Source: Endomicrobiales bacterium (GTDB lineage: Bacteria; Elusimicrobiota; Endomicrobiia; Endomicrobiales; CAWCFT01). Taken from it: a stretch of DNA of 64,000 nt. The stretch is from NCBI GenBank assembly GCA_963794945.1, contig CAWCFT010000009.1, positions 72,139 to 136,138 of the forward strand, read 5' to 3'. Positions 41,454-54,254 of this stretch are shown here, piece by piece (positions within the stretch are counted from its first letter, which is position 1; each line of letters begins with the position of its first letter). The translations under genes were made by a program, and so were the position numbers. The notes beneath the pieces are model-generated. The model worked only from the letters and a program-made list of their open reading frames with translations. It searched no databases and had not been told where the DNA came from.

Positions 41454-41996
41454 TCATTGTATTGTCTTTTCCAGTTGTGACACATCGTACCCGTTAGCTT
41501 CGATGCGTTTAAGCAACGCTTCGTACAAAGCAGGGTCCATGCGCGGCGTTCTTGAGAGTATCCACAGCTTTTCGCGGGAGGTGTTGCCGACAACGGCATA
41601 ATCATAGTTATCACCGAGCTCAATTATATAGAAAGTGCCCGTAAAGAACAAAAAGAACCTCACGACTATCTCCGCGTTGGTCTTTTTGTCCGCTATATCG
41701 GCCTTAAGAACTTTGTAATAATACTTCCCTTCAAAATTATTTTTATAAGCCTTTATGGTAGTAAGCACTTTTCCGTCAGGCAAAGGGCTGTAGGTCACCA
41801 TAGTACCTTCCAGCCCGCTTTCAAACCAGTGCGGTATCTTGGCTATCTCGTACCATGACCCCATGTACCTGTTTACGTCCGCGTACGGGACAGTGCGCAG
41901 TTCCGGGGTCTTTGCGTCGCCGCCCGGAATTATAATGATCAGCGCTGACAGAACGCACAATGCCGATATTTTCAGCTTCGTTATGGCTGCCTGCAT
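41454..41996 (-). CDS. Lipocalin family protein (Blc-like)
   Basis: RYMGSWYEIA, YDYAVVG, LWILSRTP. Confidence 0.9.
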   Translation of the reverse strand: MQAAITKLKISALCVLSALIIIIPGGDAKTPELRTVPYADVNRYMGSWYEIAKIPHWFESGLEGTMVTYSPLPDGKVLTTIKAYKNNFEGKYYYKVLKADIADKKTNAEIVVRFFLFFTGTFYIIELGDNYDYAVVGNTSREKLWILSRTPRMDPALYEALLKRIEANGYDVSQLEKTIQ

Positions 41997-42125
41997 AAAC
42001 CTTCCTCGCGCACAAATATATACCCCGAAAGAATCCCTTCTGGAATTTTCCCGGGGTATACCGCAAAAGCCGATGTTATCGCCATGGCGGCAGTGCGGTG
42101 CTTTAATAACATTTCGGAGATGCTC

Positions 42126-42671
42126 CTATTTCTGCCGGCTGTACGTTATCTCCATCATCTTGTATTCTTTTTTGTTCTTTTCTTCCGAGTACATCTCGAA
42201 AGTATATGTATTGGAATCGATTATCTTTGTCACCGAACGGTTTTTCATCGGGCCCCTTACGGGGTCGTCAAAATAACTTTCCATTGTGATGGATTTTCCG
42301 TCAGCCCCTGCTGTCCCCTCAAAATACAGGATATGCGTGCTCATTGAATCCAGCCAGAACGAAACGTATTTCTTGGTATTATTGTCATAGCCCGTGATAC
42401 CCATACCCTTGTAAGGCGCTCCCATCATGTCCATGCTTTCCTCATCATAAAGGTAACGCCCGTCGAATATCATTTTCTGCTCGCTGGTTCCCTTGTGCTC
42501 CTGCGGCGGCTTGTCCGGGTCCATCCATGTCCTTGCGCTGGCTTTCCAGCTGCCGGCCATCCTGGAAAGGAATATGTGCTGCGCACCCGGCGTTCCCAGT
42601 TCCTTATACACTTTCATCATGTCCTGCGTGCTCGTTTTTACGCTCGATTCTTTTTCTTGTACTGTTACCAT
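42126..42671 (-). CDS. DUF1579-like protein
   Basis: PGAQH..L..MAGSW, GYDNNTKKYVSFWLDSMST. Confidence 0.75.
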   Translation of the reverse strand: MVTVQEKESSVKTSTQDMMKVYKELGTPGAQHIFLSRMAGSWKASARTWMDPDKPPQEHKGTSEQKMIFDGRYLYDEESMDMMGAPYKGMGITGYDNNTKKYVSFWLDSMSTHILYFEGTAGADGKSITMESYFDDPVRGPMKNRSVTKIIDSNTYTFEMYSEEKNKKEYKMMEITYSRQK

Positions 42672-42875
42672 AAAAACCTCCTGTACCGCGTCCGGTTTAA
42701 CCAGCGGGTTAGTAGTGTTCGTATAAACACACGATACTAAAACTGCAGGCTCAGCTCAATGACCTGTATCGACATGTTACTGACCTATTAACAGGTTGGT
42801 TTCTCGTTAAACAATGAATCATCTACAGTAAACTGCGAAGTACCAGATGATTATTTCTACTTCCTCTCCCTAGAT

Positions 42876-42942
42876 GGGTAAGACTTTGGGCCTTGAGGAG
42901 TTGATTACTAACTCCGAAAAGGAAGAGGATTGAGGTGAGGGT
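42876..42942. repeat. 67-bp dispersed repeat, second copy at 39349-39415
   Basis: GGGTAAGACTTTGGGCCTTGAGGAGTTGATTAyTAACTCCGAAAAGGAAGAGGATTGAGGTGAGGGT, one mismatch between copies. Confidence 0.9.
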
Positions 42943-43020
42943 GAGCTTTCAAATGCAACTTCAATTTTGCCCCCCCTCATCCCTACCTTCTCCCACCTGG
43001 GGAGAAGATAAATTCGGTAA

Positions 43021-45538
43021 TTAACTCAACAGCTTTTGCAGTTTATCTGTAACATTTGCGATATCGAGCCTGCGCTTATATAGATCTTTCCAGGGATCAC
43101 CGTGTTTTTCCAGCCTCTTCGGCACGGTGTTGATATTGAATCTGGCGGGGTCAAGTTTTAAGGTAACTTCATTCCATTCAAGAGGCGTCGACACCGGAGC
43201 TCCCGGCCTCGGCCGCAGGGAATATGCCGCCGCTGTAGTTGCCCCGTAGCGGTTCTGCAGATAATCAAGATACACCCGCCCCTTTCGCTTTGCAGGCGAG
43301 CGGTCCAGGCTCGTTACCTCTGGCAGACCGCCTTCTTACTACCATATTGATAAGATGCGCAAGGTCCTGAGCCTGTTCGAACCCGTAAACCGGTTGTATG
43401 GGCACGTAAATGTGCATGCCCTTGCCGCCTGAAGTCTTGCAGAACGCGGGAGCTTCGATCTCGTCTAAAACCTTTTTGGTCGCAAGTACCGATTCCACAA
43501 CTTTTGAGAAAGCTACGTCCACGGGGTCAAAATCGAGAACTATGTAGTCCGGCTTATCAAGCCTTCCGGCAACGGAGTTCCATACATTAAGCTCAATGCA
43601 GCCTAAATTTGCGAGATAAAGCAGAGTATCAGTGTCCTCGCAAAGAAGATAATTGTTCAGTTTTCCGCCTTCCTGAATCTTGACGGTCTTTACCCACCCG
43701 GGGGCGGTGTCTCCCGCGTCCTTTTGGAAAAAGCTCTCGCCTGTAATGCCGTCGGGAAAGCGATTGAGCGATTGCGGCCGGTCTTCAAGGTACGGCATTA
43801 TCCACTCGGACATGCGCCAGTAATACTCGATGAGATATTTTTTTGTGATACCTTCATTGCGGCCAGAACATCTTATAGAGGTTGGTGAACCGTACTTTTG
43901 TGTGTCCGGGCTGGTTATCAGCTTTCGTGCTTACGGGCTCCTCAGGCACTACTTCAGCTGGTTTTTTGTCCTGCGCAAGGCCCAACACTATGGGCTGGCG
44001 CATCAGGCCGTCTTTGGTCCATTCACTGAATTTCACTTCTACAACCAGCTCGGGCTTTACCCATGTGACCGGCATATTGGTTTTTGGCTTGTGTTCGAAC
44101 GGGCTTTTATCTGTTTCTAGGGGTTTAAGTTTATCATACATCGCTTTGAGCCCTTTATCGTCAAAACCGCCGCCGGCGTGGCCGGCAAAGGTAAGTTTGC
44201 CGTCCCTGTAAACACCCAGCACCAGGGCCCCGAAGTATTTCCTTGAAGAACGGCCTTCAGTGAAACCGCATACCACGGCTTCCTGCCGTTTCTGCGCTTT
44301 GATTTTGATCCAGTCCCGTGAGCGCATGCCCGAGCGGTACGGAGCTGTTAAGGTTTTTTGCTATTATCCCTTCTAAACCGTTTTTAACCGCGGCCTCGTA
44401 AAACTGTTTCCCGTCGGTATCCACGTAGCCGCTAAGCCTTATGGTGTTTGATACCGGCAGTATCTTTTCCAATATTTTAATTCGCCGCTTTAACGGAAGG
44501 CCGCGCAGGTCGTACGAGCCCGCGTAAAGGCAGTCGAACACATAGTAAACAAGCGGGCCTTTTCGGCTCATCAGGTACGCCTGAAGCATCTGGAAGTCCG
44601 AGCGCCCTTCTTTGTCTAAGACAGCCAGCTCGCCGTCGAATATCGCGTTGACCGCAAGCCCCTTCAAACCTTCAGCGACAGCCGGGAACTTTCCGGTATA
44701 AACTTTCCCCGCCCTGGAAAAAAGCTTTACATCACCGTTCTTTACTATCGCTATAGAGCGGTACCCGTCCCATTTTACTTCAAATATCCAGTCGTAACGG
44801 TCGAAAGGTTTTTCGTCCAATGTCGCGAGCATGGGCTCTACAAAGGCCGGCATGCTGTGTTTGACAGCCCCGGCGAGATCTTTACCCGAAAGCAAAACCT
44901 CGTGATCTTCTATTGCCTTCGCGGGCCTTTTAACGGCGGCAGGCGGATCGTCCGGCACGTCAACCTTATCACCTTCGACGTCTTCCAGCGTCCGGCCCGA
45001 ACGTGCTGAGCGCTCGTCCGTAATGCCCGTAGGCGCCGCGTACTCATCCGCTTTTTTGATTATAAGCCACTGGTTCTCGCCGTTCTTTAATTTCACCAGC
45101 GAATACTCGCCATGCATTTTTTTTCCCTTGAATATAAGCGTCAGGTGCCCTTTCTCGAGAGCCTGGGCTGTTAACTTTTCCGTCTGTTGAAGGTCATCTT
45201 TGTCGGCGCCATACAAACTGTAAGTTCCTTCATCCCAGATAATAACGCTTCCCGCGCCGTAATTGCCTTTTGGTATAAGGCCCTCGAAATCTTTGTAGTC
45301 GTAAGGGTGGTCCTCCACCATTACCGCGAGCCTCTTATCCGCGGGGTTCATCGATATGCCTTTAGGCACGGCCCAGCTCTTAAGCACTCCTTTGTGTTCA
45401 AGCCTCAGGTCGTAGTGCAGGCGGTGCGAACGGTGTTTTTGAACGACAAAACGCAGCCCCGCCGGCCTTACGAGCCGGCGCCGAAGGCTCGGGAGTCTTG
45501 GTGAAATCCCTTTTTTTAATATATTCTTTTAAAGGCAT
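43021..45538 (-). CDS. ligD: NHEJ DNA ligase D (phosphoesterase-ligase-polymerase), several frameshifts
   Basis: YIKKRDFTKTPEP, LKSWAVPKG, EVKWDGYR, LEGIIAK, RFPDGI, DFDP, KTSGGKGMH, YLDYLQN. Confidence 0.92.
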
Positions 45539-45545
45539 AGCTTCG

Positions 45546-46312
45546 CTATTTGACGGACACAAGGCTTTTCTTGAGCTTCTCAAGTATATCGCCTGCGGCT
45601 GTTTCCTGCAGGGGGCCTTTTTCAACGTGAACGGTTTTGCCGTGCTTTTTGGCATCTATAATGTGTTTCAGGCGTTCGTTGTAGGTATCTTTAAATTGCT
45701 CCGGCTTGAAATGGCCTTTGAGCTTATCTATAAGCTCGAGAGCAAGCTCTTTCTGGTTCTTAGGTATATCAGCGTTTTTGGGAAGTTCGAGTTCCGAGGT
45801 TTTTTCAGTGTGTTAGCGAAACGCATTACGATCAGCATTATCACGTCGCGGTCGGCCTTAAGCATCACGAGATGCTCCCGGTTTTTTAGCACGAACCTTC
45901 CTATGCCGGCCATCTTCGATTCGGCAAGAGCCTCGCGGAACAGGGCGTACGTTGCGTGCGACTTTTTTTCCGGCTCAAGATAATATGGTTTTTCAATATA
46001 TTTAAAATCAACTTCTCTTTCGTCAACGAATTGTTCTATGTCTATCGTGTAGGTCTTCTTTGAAGCGGCCTTCTGAAAATCCTGCTCGCTCAAGACCACG
46101 TAATCATCCTTTTGGTACTGGTACCCGCGGACTATATCTTCGAACGGAACTTCTTCGCCCGTCCTTCTGCACACCTTCTTGTACTGTATCGGGCAGAGGT
46201 CGTCTTTCCTAAGGTAATTCATGGATAAAGTGTCAGGCGTCACCGCGGTGTGCAGCTTGACCGGTATGTTGACGAGACCGAATGAGACCATCCCCGACCA
46301 TATAGCGCGCAT
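45546..46312 (-). CDS. ku: NHEJ Ku protein (frameshift)
   Basis: MRAIWSGMVSFGLVNIPVKL, KPYYLEP. Confidence 0.92.
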
Positions 46313-46401
46313 TGTAACCTCCGTGCACCTATATTTTACCTATATGTACGAAATAACTTATAACATTATTCCGCTTTTCGCTGATGTTTTTCTCTGTTGA
46401 T

Positions 46402-49400
46402 TTATTGCGGGCCGGCAGTGTTGGAATTACCGTTGAGGCTGGTAAACCAGAGGTATGAAAATATCCCTATTGCTATAATTGCCGCGGTTGAGCTGAATAT
46501 ATTTGACGGGCATGGGTTGAGTATGATCTGTCTTACCTGAGCCAGTGCCAGCGGCCCGCCCAGAGCCAGTGGCACAACCTGAAGATTGCGGCGGAATAGA
46601 TAAATATAGCCCACGAGCATCGTTGTACCTAACATTAGCCCAAACGCGGTCCAGGACAACAACGTATTTATTTGGTTGTTCCCTCTACTAATAAGACCAA
46701 AGATAATTATAAGCAGAGCAGCAGGCGCTTTTCGTTTGGTCCACGAGCCTGTGAACAGCTCAACAGCCATGAATACGAACATGAACAAACTCGACTGCTT
46801 TATGAGGCCCACCGACACTGAAATAGCTTCGTCAATTACCGGGAATGTCGCGCCCAGCGAACCGAAGTCTGGCCACACGGGCATTGTGTACCGCGTTGCC
46901 GCGGAAACAGCCGCCGTTACGCCCGCAAGAATTAACGCCCATGCGGCTGCAAGCCTTAGCGCTTCCTGCAGCTGCAGATTCTGTTCTGGTTTTAGGTTCC
47001 CTGCTACCATCGCGCTGATCAGCGCCACATTGAACGATGAAACCAGCGCCGTCATAGTGTACAGCCCGATCTTGGTAAGAGCCTGGTTCGCGAACGGCTG
47101 AACTGCGGAGTATTGCGATAAAGCTGTCTGCCAGTTATTGGCGAAACTTACTGCAAGCATCAATAGTACCGACCCTAAAAATATGTAGAACACATTTACC
47201 GTGAACCTTTTTTTGCTCCACGCTACTATCGCCGTAGCGAACGCGGCGAGGTATAAAAGAAAGATCAGCAGCGAACACATGCTCGATATTGAATCCGTTA
47301 CCGCCGTCCTGTTAGCTTCGTTCCTCTGCCACTCCTCTGGCACGTGAACGTAGCTGTTTGTGTCTGTAACTTTATCGCCCGCTATCGTTACCGATATCCT
47401 GGGCTGTCCGTCTTTCAGCGGGTAGCCGGACGGGTCGGAGAACTCGAACTTCCAGTCGGTCCTGTTCGGCCGCTTCTCGTTTAGCGCCGAGACCTCGGTT
47501 ATCTTGCTCGTATCAACGCCGAATCTTTTTAAAACAGCTTCGTGCGCGGCTTTCCGCGCCACGTCTTCGCTAAGCGACGGCGCGGGCGCGCTCTCGGGAA
47601 GCTTGTGGTACGTCTTGATAACTTTCCCTTTCCAGGAAACAGGTATAAGGTACTCTTCCGCCCTGTCCGCCAGATCCCCCTTGAACATCGCGTACCGCAC
47701 TATCCATCTCGGGGGCTTAAGGTAGCCGTTTTGCATAAGGATAGAATACGCCTTTGCCCCGCCGCTTTGCCAAACGAACCTGTCTTCGCCTCCGGGGCTC
47801 GCCGCGACGTAGGCAAACGTCTCCCACGGCTTTGAAAGCGATATGCCCTGCTCTTTAAGCGCCTCCACACTTGCCGAGACAGCCTCTGACCTGTTTATTT
47901 CTATTAAAGGCACCGAACTGCGCAGCCTTGAGAACGCGCCCCACAGGATAAGCCCTGAGGCAGACCGCTATAATTAATATTTCAGGTTTTATCGTATATT
48001 TCCGGGCGGCAGGCGCTGGTTCTTCGGCCTGACCTGCAGGCGTCGTTTCACCAGCGATCCATACTTTATTGAAAGGGATCTCGCTGTCCTCAGGTTTTTT
48101 GCCGTACTTCAAGCGGGCAATAATAGCGTATGCCAGCGGCACAACCACAGCCGCTATCACCACCACCTGGTTGACCAGCGCCCCTTTGCCGGAATAAAAG
48201 AACAGAGGCAGGGACATCCACGAAGCGTCAAAAGTAAAGTGAAGTATTATAACTGGAAGAAGGCCGTAATAAATATACAAGAGCCCAAAAACAAGGGCCG
48301 GTATAAGAAGTTCTACGGGCCTCGCGTAGGCGGGCTCATTGACATAATTAGCGTGCGCCGACCCGAATATCACGGCCTGCAAAATGAGCGCCCCTATTAT
48401 CCAGAGTTTTCTCTTGCCCAACCGCTGGCCGATAAGCGCCGCGCCGGCTATAGGTACCGCTCTGAACAGGCACTCTTCCCAAAGGCCCGCGTGCACGGCC
48501 GGAGCCAGCGAATTGAACCACGGGACGTAGGACGCAAGCACGTTCGGGTCGAATATCGTATCCGACGGCGACCACCAGCCGAACCACCTGTTCGCGCCGA
48601 AGTAAAGCGCCACCTGGTACGCGCTGAATACCGCCGCAAGCAGGTATCCCGCCGATATCCTTCCGGCTATCCTGGGTGATGCCGGCGTGTTCTTTGAGAA
48701 CAGCTTCCAGAACTGTATGTGCTCGGGGAAGGCTTTTCTTGTCAGTCCTTCCGCGGCCATAAAGCTTACGGCAAGAAGCGCCGAATCCTTAAGGAATTCC
48801 GACAGCATCGAGGTTATGTTCTGCATCAGAAAACCCTGCTGCGATAAAGCCGTATCGTACGACATCAGCGATAGCGGCCACTCGTTAATCCTAGCCACAA
48901 GCTGAAGGAAGCCTACTACCACTCCCAGCATTACAGGCTCACGCCATATAACAAGCTTTTCTTTGAGCAGGAAGTACAACCCGATAACACAGCCGCCCAA
49001 TATATAAAGTATTATGAACGACACGGACGCGGAAGTTGCTATGACATTGTTCGATGAGCGCATGTGCTCGAATCGCAGTTTGAACGCCTCAGGGATCTTG
49101 AGGAAATGCTCGAGGCCCGTCGGCTCGCTGCCGGACACTACAAGCTTCAGCCTGTACCTCGCCTCGCCGATCTTGACATCGGGCCTTTCGTACACGAACG
49201 TGTGGTCTATCCGCCCGCCGGGCTTTTTCTCGCTGGACTGTTCAACGAGCGCATAAGTTGAAATATTGACGCCCCACGCCGCGAGCAGCGTTTTCCGCTA
49301 CTGTCCTTGCTTCCGGGCTGCTTATGTTCTTTCCGGGCTCTTGTTCAGGAAGCTTAAGGCTGAAACCGTACGGTCTGCCTTCCGGAGTGAAAGCTATGTT

Positions 49401-49745
49401 AGCCTCTCTTGTCACCCGCGTTTTAAAATGCCTGACCGTCCAAACGTAAGGCGAGTACAGCCCGCCTTTGAGCATTTTGGTGAAAGCTTCCTTCCCGCCG
49501 CCTTCAAGCTCAACGTAGTTTTGCGCCTCGTTATCCTCATCGAAAAGCCAGGCCTGGCTGTATCCCGCAGGGCCCCAGCCGTATTTAGCGTCAAGTTTAG
49601 CGGCCTCGGCGAGCGCGGCGCCGCGGTCCATCACGAAATTCAGCGTGACTATCGGGAAAGCCTTAGAAAAAAAGCGCACCGTGAACAATACCGATGCGCA
49701 GGATACGGCTATAAGCGATATCCAGAAATACAATTTTCTTGTCAT
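46402..49745 (-). CDS. Large CPBP/Abi-family intramembrane metalloprotease (3 frameshifted ORFs, internally duplicated)
   Basis: EECLFR, FGSAH, LHFTFD motifs; repeated extracellular modules (W.VR.F...E). Confidence 0.75.
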
Positions 49746-49755
49746 TAATTTTCCG

Positions 49756-51231
49756 TTACTGTTTCTCAGAGAATGATAAATACAAAAGCGTGCCCTGCCT
49801 GTCGACATCAATAACGACGCCCTCCGACAATTTGACCTTTGATGTGGCGGCAGTGAACTCTTTTACGGTCGGGGTCAGCGACTGGTTAATAGATCTTATC
49901 AAATCTCCCTGCATAATTCCAATCGATTCAGCCGTACTGCCCGGAGCCACGTCGATAACCACGCAGCCTTTCTCGTTCTCCGTTATATTATACCGCTGCG
50001 CGAGTTCGCTGTTAACGGTCATCACCTTCATCCCTGCCCACTGCGTCGATGACCTTTCCGAAGGCTCGGCACCGCGCCCCATTTCCGCGAGTTTCTCTTC
50101 GAACGGTGTCTCTCCGGCGGTAAGGCTTACTGTCATCTCTTTTTTGTTACGTATTATAAGAAGCTTTATTATGGTCTTCGGTTCAATGTGCGTGACTATG
50201 TTCTGTAGCTCGTCCGGCGTGTTTATAGTTTTCCCGTTTATCGCCCTTATGACGTCTCCTCTGATGAGCCCCGCTTCCTTCGCGGGTGAGTTATCAAATA
50301 CGGAATTGATCAGTACACCCGACTTGTCAGCCAGCCCGAACTGGCTTGCTATCGCGCTGTCTACCGGCCGTATCTCCACCCCCAGCCAGCCCCTCACCAC
50401 TTTTCCTTTGCGTATCAGCGAGTCTAATATTTCCTTGGCGTTGTTTATCGGTATGGCGAAGCCTACACCTGCGAACACTCCCGTAGGCGCGTAGATAGCC
50501 GTGTTAATGCCTATAACCTCGCCGTATATATTGTAGAGAGGGCCTCCTGAATTTCCTCGGTTTATAGCGGCGTCGGTCTGTATAAGGTTATTGTACATCT
50601 TACCTTCTATCTCTATCGACTGCCTCTTAGCGGATATTATGCCGGTCGTAATGGTCTTTTCCAGCCCGAACGGGGAACCCGCCGCTATCACCCACTCGCC
50701 GACTTTTATCTTGTCGGAATCCCCAAGCCGCGCGAAAGTTATGTCTTTTCCTGCGTTGATCTTTATTATAGCTATGTCGGTGCGCTCGTCCCTGCCCACA
50801 AGCTTGCCGGTATATTTCCTTTCGTCGGACAGCGTAACCTTTATGGACTGCGCGCCGTGCACAACGTGCTCGTTTGTGAGGATGTACCCCTCTGCGCTTA
50901 TTATCACGCCCGAACCTTCCGCTTCAGCTTTCTGCGTCTGGCTCTGGCCCGGCATCTTCGGCGTGCCGAAAAACTCCTCGAAAGGCGACCCGAAAAAGAA
51001 TTCGTACTGCGGGAGCTTCTCTTCAAAAACCGTAGATATATTAACTACTGTCGGTTTTACAGTACTCGCGAGCTTTGAGAACGATTCCTGCATCGAAACC
51101 ATCGCAGGGCTCGGCTTTAGAAGTTCTGTTTCGTCGGCATAGCCCAAAGAGACCAGCAAAAGCAGCGCTGCAGCGGTACTTAGAATATGTTTAGCCATAA
51201 TATTTGTTTTCATTGTATTTATGTAACACAT
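49756..51231 (-). CDS. htrA: HtrA/DegP (Do) serine endoprotease with 2 PDZ domains
   Basis: GSGVII, TNEHVV, DIAII, QTDAAINRGNSGGPL. Confidence 0.9.
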   Translation of the reverse strand: MCYINTMKTNIMAKHILSTAAALLLLVSLGYADETELLKPSPAMVSMQESFSKLASTVKPTVVNISTVFEEKLPQYEFFFGSPFEEFFGTPKMPGQSQTQKAEAEGSGVIISAEGYILTNEHVVHGAQSIKVTLSDERKYTGKLVGRDERTDIAIIKINAGKDITFARLGDSDKIKVGEWVIAAGSPFGLEKTITTGIISAKRQSIEIEGKMYNNLIQTDAAINRGNSGGPLYNIYGEVIGINTAIYAPTGVFAGVGFAIPINNAKEILDSLIRKGKVVRGWLGVEIRPVDSAIASQFGLADKSGVLINSVFDNSPAKEAGLIRGDVIRAINGKTINTPDELQNIVTHIEPKTIIKLLIIRNKKEMTVSLTAGETPFEEKLAEMGRGAEPSERSSTQWAGMKVMTVNSELAQRYNITENEKGCVVIDVAPGSTAESIGIMQGDLIRSINQSLTPTVKEFTAATSKVKLSEGVVIDVDRQGTLLYLSFSEKQ

Positions 51232-51247
51232 TAACGCTTACTCCTTC

Positions 51248-52322
51248 CTATTTATTAAACAACGCTTTATACTTTCCGTAACCCTGCTTTTCCAGCTCTT
51301 CTTTCGGAATGAACCTCATTGCCGCCGAGTTCATGCAGTACCGCAATCCTGTCGGCTGAGGCCCGTCATTGAAAACATGCCCCAGGTGCGAATCGGCATG
51401 TTTACTCCTTACTTCTGTCCGCGACATAAAGAAGCTGTTGTCCTGCTTTTCTACTATATCGCCGGGCTCGAGAGGTTTTGTAAAACTTGGCCAGCCCGTC
51501 CCTGACTCGAATTTGTCAAGCGAGCTGAACAGCGGCTCGCCGGATACGATGTCTACATATATCCCGTCTTTATGGTTGTCCCAGTATTCGTTATGGAAAG
51601 CGGGTTCTGTGCCTTTTTCCTGTGTCACTTTATACTGTATAGGCGTTAGTTTTTTCTTAAGTTCTTCTTTTGAGTAACTTACCGAATATTCACCCGGCGG
51701 GTCGGAGTGTATAGTTTCTTTACCCCAGAACCTTATCGAGGTAGCGGTCGCGCCCGCACGAGGTCCTGTAGTATTTGTATCGTATCGGGTTTTTTTTGTA
51801 GTAATCCTGGTGGTAGTCTTCGGCGGGATAGAAATTGGTGAAAGGTATTATCTCCTCCGCGAAAGCCTTGCTGAACCTGCCGGACTTTTCCAGGCGCTTC
51901 ATTGACTCTTCAGCTGCGGTTTTCTGGCGGGCGTCGAGATAGAATATCGCCGGCCTGTACTGGGGCCCGCGGTCGCAGAACTGGCCTCCTCCGTCCGTAG
52001 GGTCTATCTGGGTCCAGTAAACGTCAAGGAGGGCCGGGTAGGTTATTTTTGACGGGTCATATGTCACCTCGACGGCTTCAACATATTTTTTTTCGGCGTA
52101 ATCTTCATATGTTGGGTTACTGCCCTCACCCCCGGCGTAGCCGGACACTACTTTTATTACGCCGTCAAGCTTTTCGAAAGGCGGTGTCATGCACCAGAAA
52201 CATCCGCCCGCGAAAACGGCTTTTTCCTGGCTTGGGCCGGCGAAAGACGACGTTCCTGCGAACAGGCATACAAAAGCGAGACCGGGTGCGATAAGTGCTC
52301 TTATCATTTTATTGTCCTCCAT
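51248..52322 (-). CDS. msrAB: Peptide methionine sulfoxide reductase MsrA-MsrB fusion (frameshift near 51720)
   Basis: [39 protein letters not shown]. Confidence 0.9.
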
Positions 52323-52557
52323 GTGGCACGAACTGTAGCGAACTGCTGTTGTATATATTTTACTTATATATTATTGCACTAAGCTAACCTAATTCCCTGA
52401 TCTACTGACATTTTTATCATTAAACGGGCATGAAAAATACCATCCGAGTCAACAGGATAGTATAATATTGTTTTAGATTATTAAGAGCCGGCTATTTATT
52501 CTTCTTTTTTATCTTTACTGCTCGACAAAGCTTTCATCGGACGACATTTTTAGCCAT

Positions 52558-53385
52558 TTAGATCTTAACCCTTAACAACTCTTTGTCGGACACTCTTGGT
52601 GTAGGCAGTTTAAGACGAGAAAGAGCGTTTTCTACTATAGACGCTACCGCGTAGTTGCGGTACCACTTGTGGTCCGCCGGTATAATGTACCATGGAGCGC
52701 ATGCCGTTGATGTGCTGGACAGGCAGTCGTTGTAGGCCTTTGTGTAGTCTTTCCAGAATTCCCTCTCCTTAAAATCCGCCCACGCGAGTTTCCATTGTTT
52801 TGCCGGGTCCTGCTGGCGAGCGCGAAGCCGCCTGCGCTGCTCGTCCTTTGATATGTGCAGGAAGAATTTTAGTATCGTGACACTATCCTTGGCCAGCATC
52901 TCTTCAAAAGTGTTAATAAGGCCGAAACGCCACTTCCAGAGGCCTTTAATTTTCCGCACGTCGGGCGGCAGCAGTTTGTCTGCATGCACGCGGACTATCA
53001 ATGTGTCTTCGTAGTACGAGCGGTTGAATATCCCGATGGCTCCGCGGGGCGGAACAGAATTGTGGGAGCGCCAGAGAAAATCATGCTGTTTTTCAACAGT
53101 GGTCGGCTCCTTAAAACTTGTAACAACGCAGCCGGCAGGGTTAACGCGCCCGAATACGCGGCGAACCGTGCCGTCCTTACCGGAAGTATCCATACCCTGT
53201 AAAATGATCAACGCCGCGCGCGACCCGTTTAAATGCAGGCGCATCTGCTGTTGGCTTATCTTTTTTACAATTTTGTCCGTTAGGTCTTCCACTTCTTTCT
53301 TTTCTGAAGCGCCTGGTGTTGCGCTGGTATCGATGCTGGTGATATCTACATTTCTCGGGCACTTGAGTATTTTCGATAGATCCAT
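52558..53385 (-). CDS. ppk2: Polyphosphate kinase 2 family protein
   Basis: QGMDTSGKDG, HDFLWR, FNRSYYE, APWYIIPADHKWYRN. Confidence 0.9.
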   Translation of the reverse strand: MDLSKILKCPRNVDITSIDTSATPGASEKKEVEDLTDKIVKKISQQQMRLHLNGSRAALIILQGMDTSGKDGTVRRVFGRVNPAGCVVTSFKEPTTVEKQHDFLWRSHNSVPPRGAIGIFNRSYYEDTLIVRVHADKLLPPDVRKIKGLWKWRFGLINTFEEMLAKDSVTILKFFLHISKDEQRRRLRARQQDPAKQWKLAWADFKEREFWKDYTKAYNDCLSSTSTACAPWYIIPADHKWYRNYAVASIVENALSRLKLPTPRVSDKELLRVKI

Positions 53386-53410
53386 ATAACGATTCTCCCG
53401 CTTTGTTTTG

Positions 53411-53979
53411 TCAGAGGCTCTTTCCAAACTCCACTGCCTTTTCGCGTGCTCCTGGCTTCTTTCTAACGTCGCCTGAAACTCCGGCGTTAGGCACTATCAG
53501 CGAAGCGTATTTCATGCCCGTGTATTTGGCCGTCATTTTGAAAGGTTCCTCTAGCGCCGCGAACCCTTCCCCCTCGAAGGCGCTAGCTATCACGGCGAAC
53601 GTTTTTCCCTTGAGGGGCGTTTTCATCGTCCCGGCCTCGTTGTCCCATTTGTAAAGAGAGAACATCCTGTCGAAAACACCTTTTATCTGCGCGCTGGCAG
53701 AAAAGAAGTAAAGCGGTGTAGCCATAACAATAACATCAGCGGTCAGCATCTTATCGAGCGTAAGTTTCACATCGTCCGCAAAAGCGCATCCGTATGCTTC
53801 GCGCCTCTGGCACGCCCTGCAAGACTGACAGCCGTTGACCTTGCTCTTAAGCAACGCGGCATTGACTATTTCTACCCCGGCGCCGCGAGCTTAGCCCCTT
53901 CGGCGAACCATTCCACAAGCGCCGCGGTGTTGCCGTCTCTCTTTGGACTTCCAGTGATAACCAATATAGATGCGCCCAT
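53411..53979 (-). CDS. Flavodoxin-family / NADPH-dependent FMN reductase (frameshift)
   Basis: ITGSPKRDGNT, CQSCRAC, ATPLYF. Confidence 0.8.
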
Positions 53980-54239
53980 CAGGTATTGCGTCCTGTTTTC
54001 GACAACCCGCCTTTTGTCAGATACTCCTGCATCTGCTTTTTTGAATAGTAGCGGGAATATTTTACGTGTATCCTTGAGAATTTGAGTTCGGCAGCTTTTA
54101 TCACGGCCTGTTTGACGTTCAATCCCAGAATATCAGCCAGCTGTTCTTCGGTGAGGAACTTTCCCGGAGAGCTCATTATCGTTGTTATGTTTTTATCTTC
54201 TATCTTTGGTGTGTAGTGCTTAGTGGGTTTTAACTTCAT
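53979..54239 (-). CDS. Hypothetical HTH-like protein
   Basis: FLTEEQLADILGL. Confidence 0.45.
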   Translation of the reverse strand: MKLKPTKHYTPKIEDKNITTIMSSPGKFLTEEQLADILGLNVKQAVIKAAELKFSRIHVKYSRYYSKKQMQEYLTKGGLSKTGRNT

Positions 54240-54254
54240 TAGATTCCTTTACAG

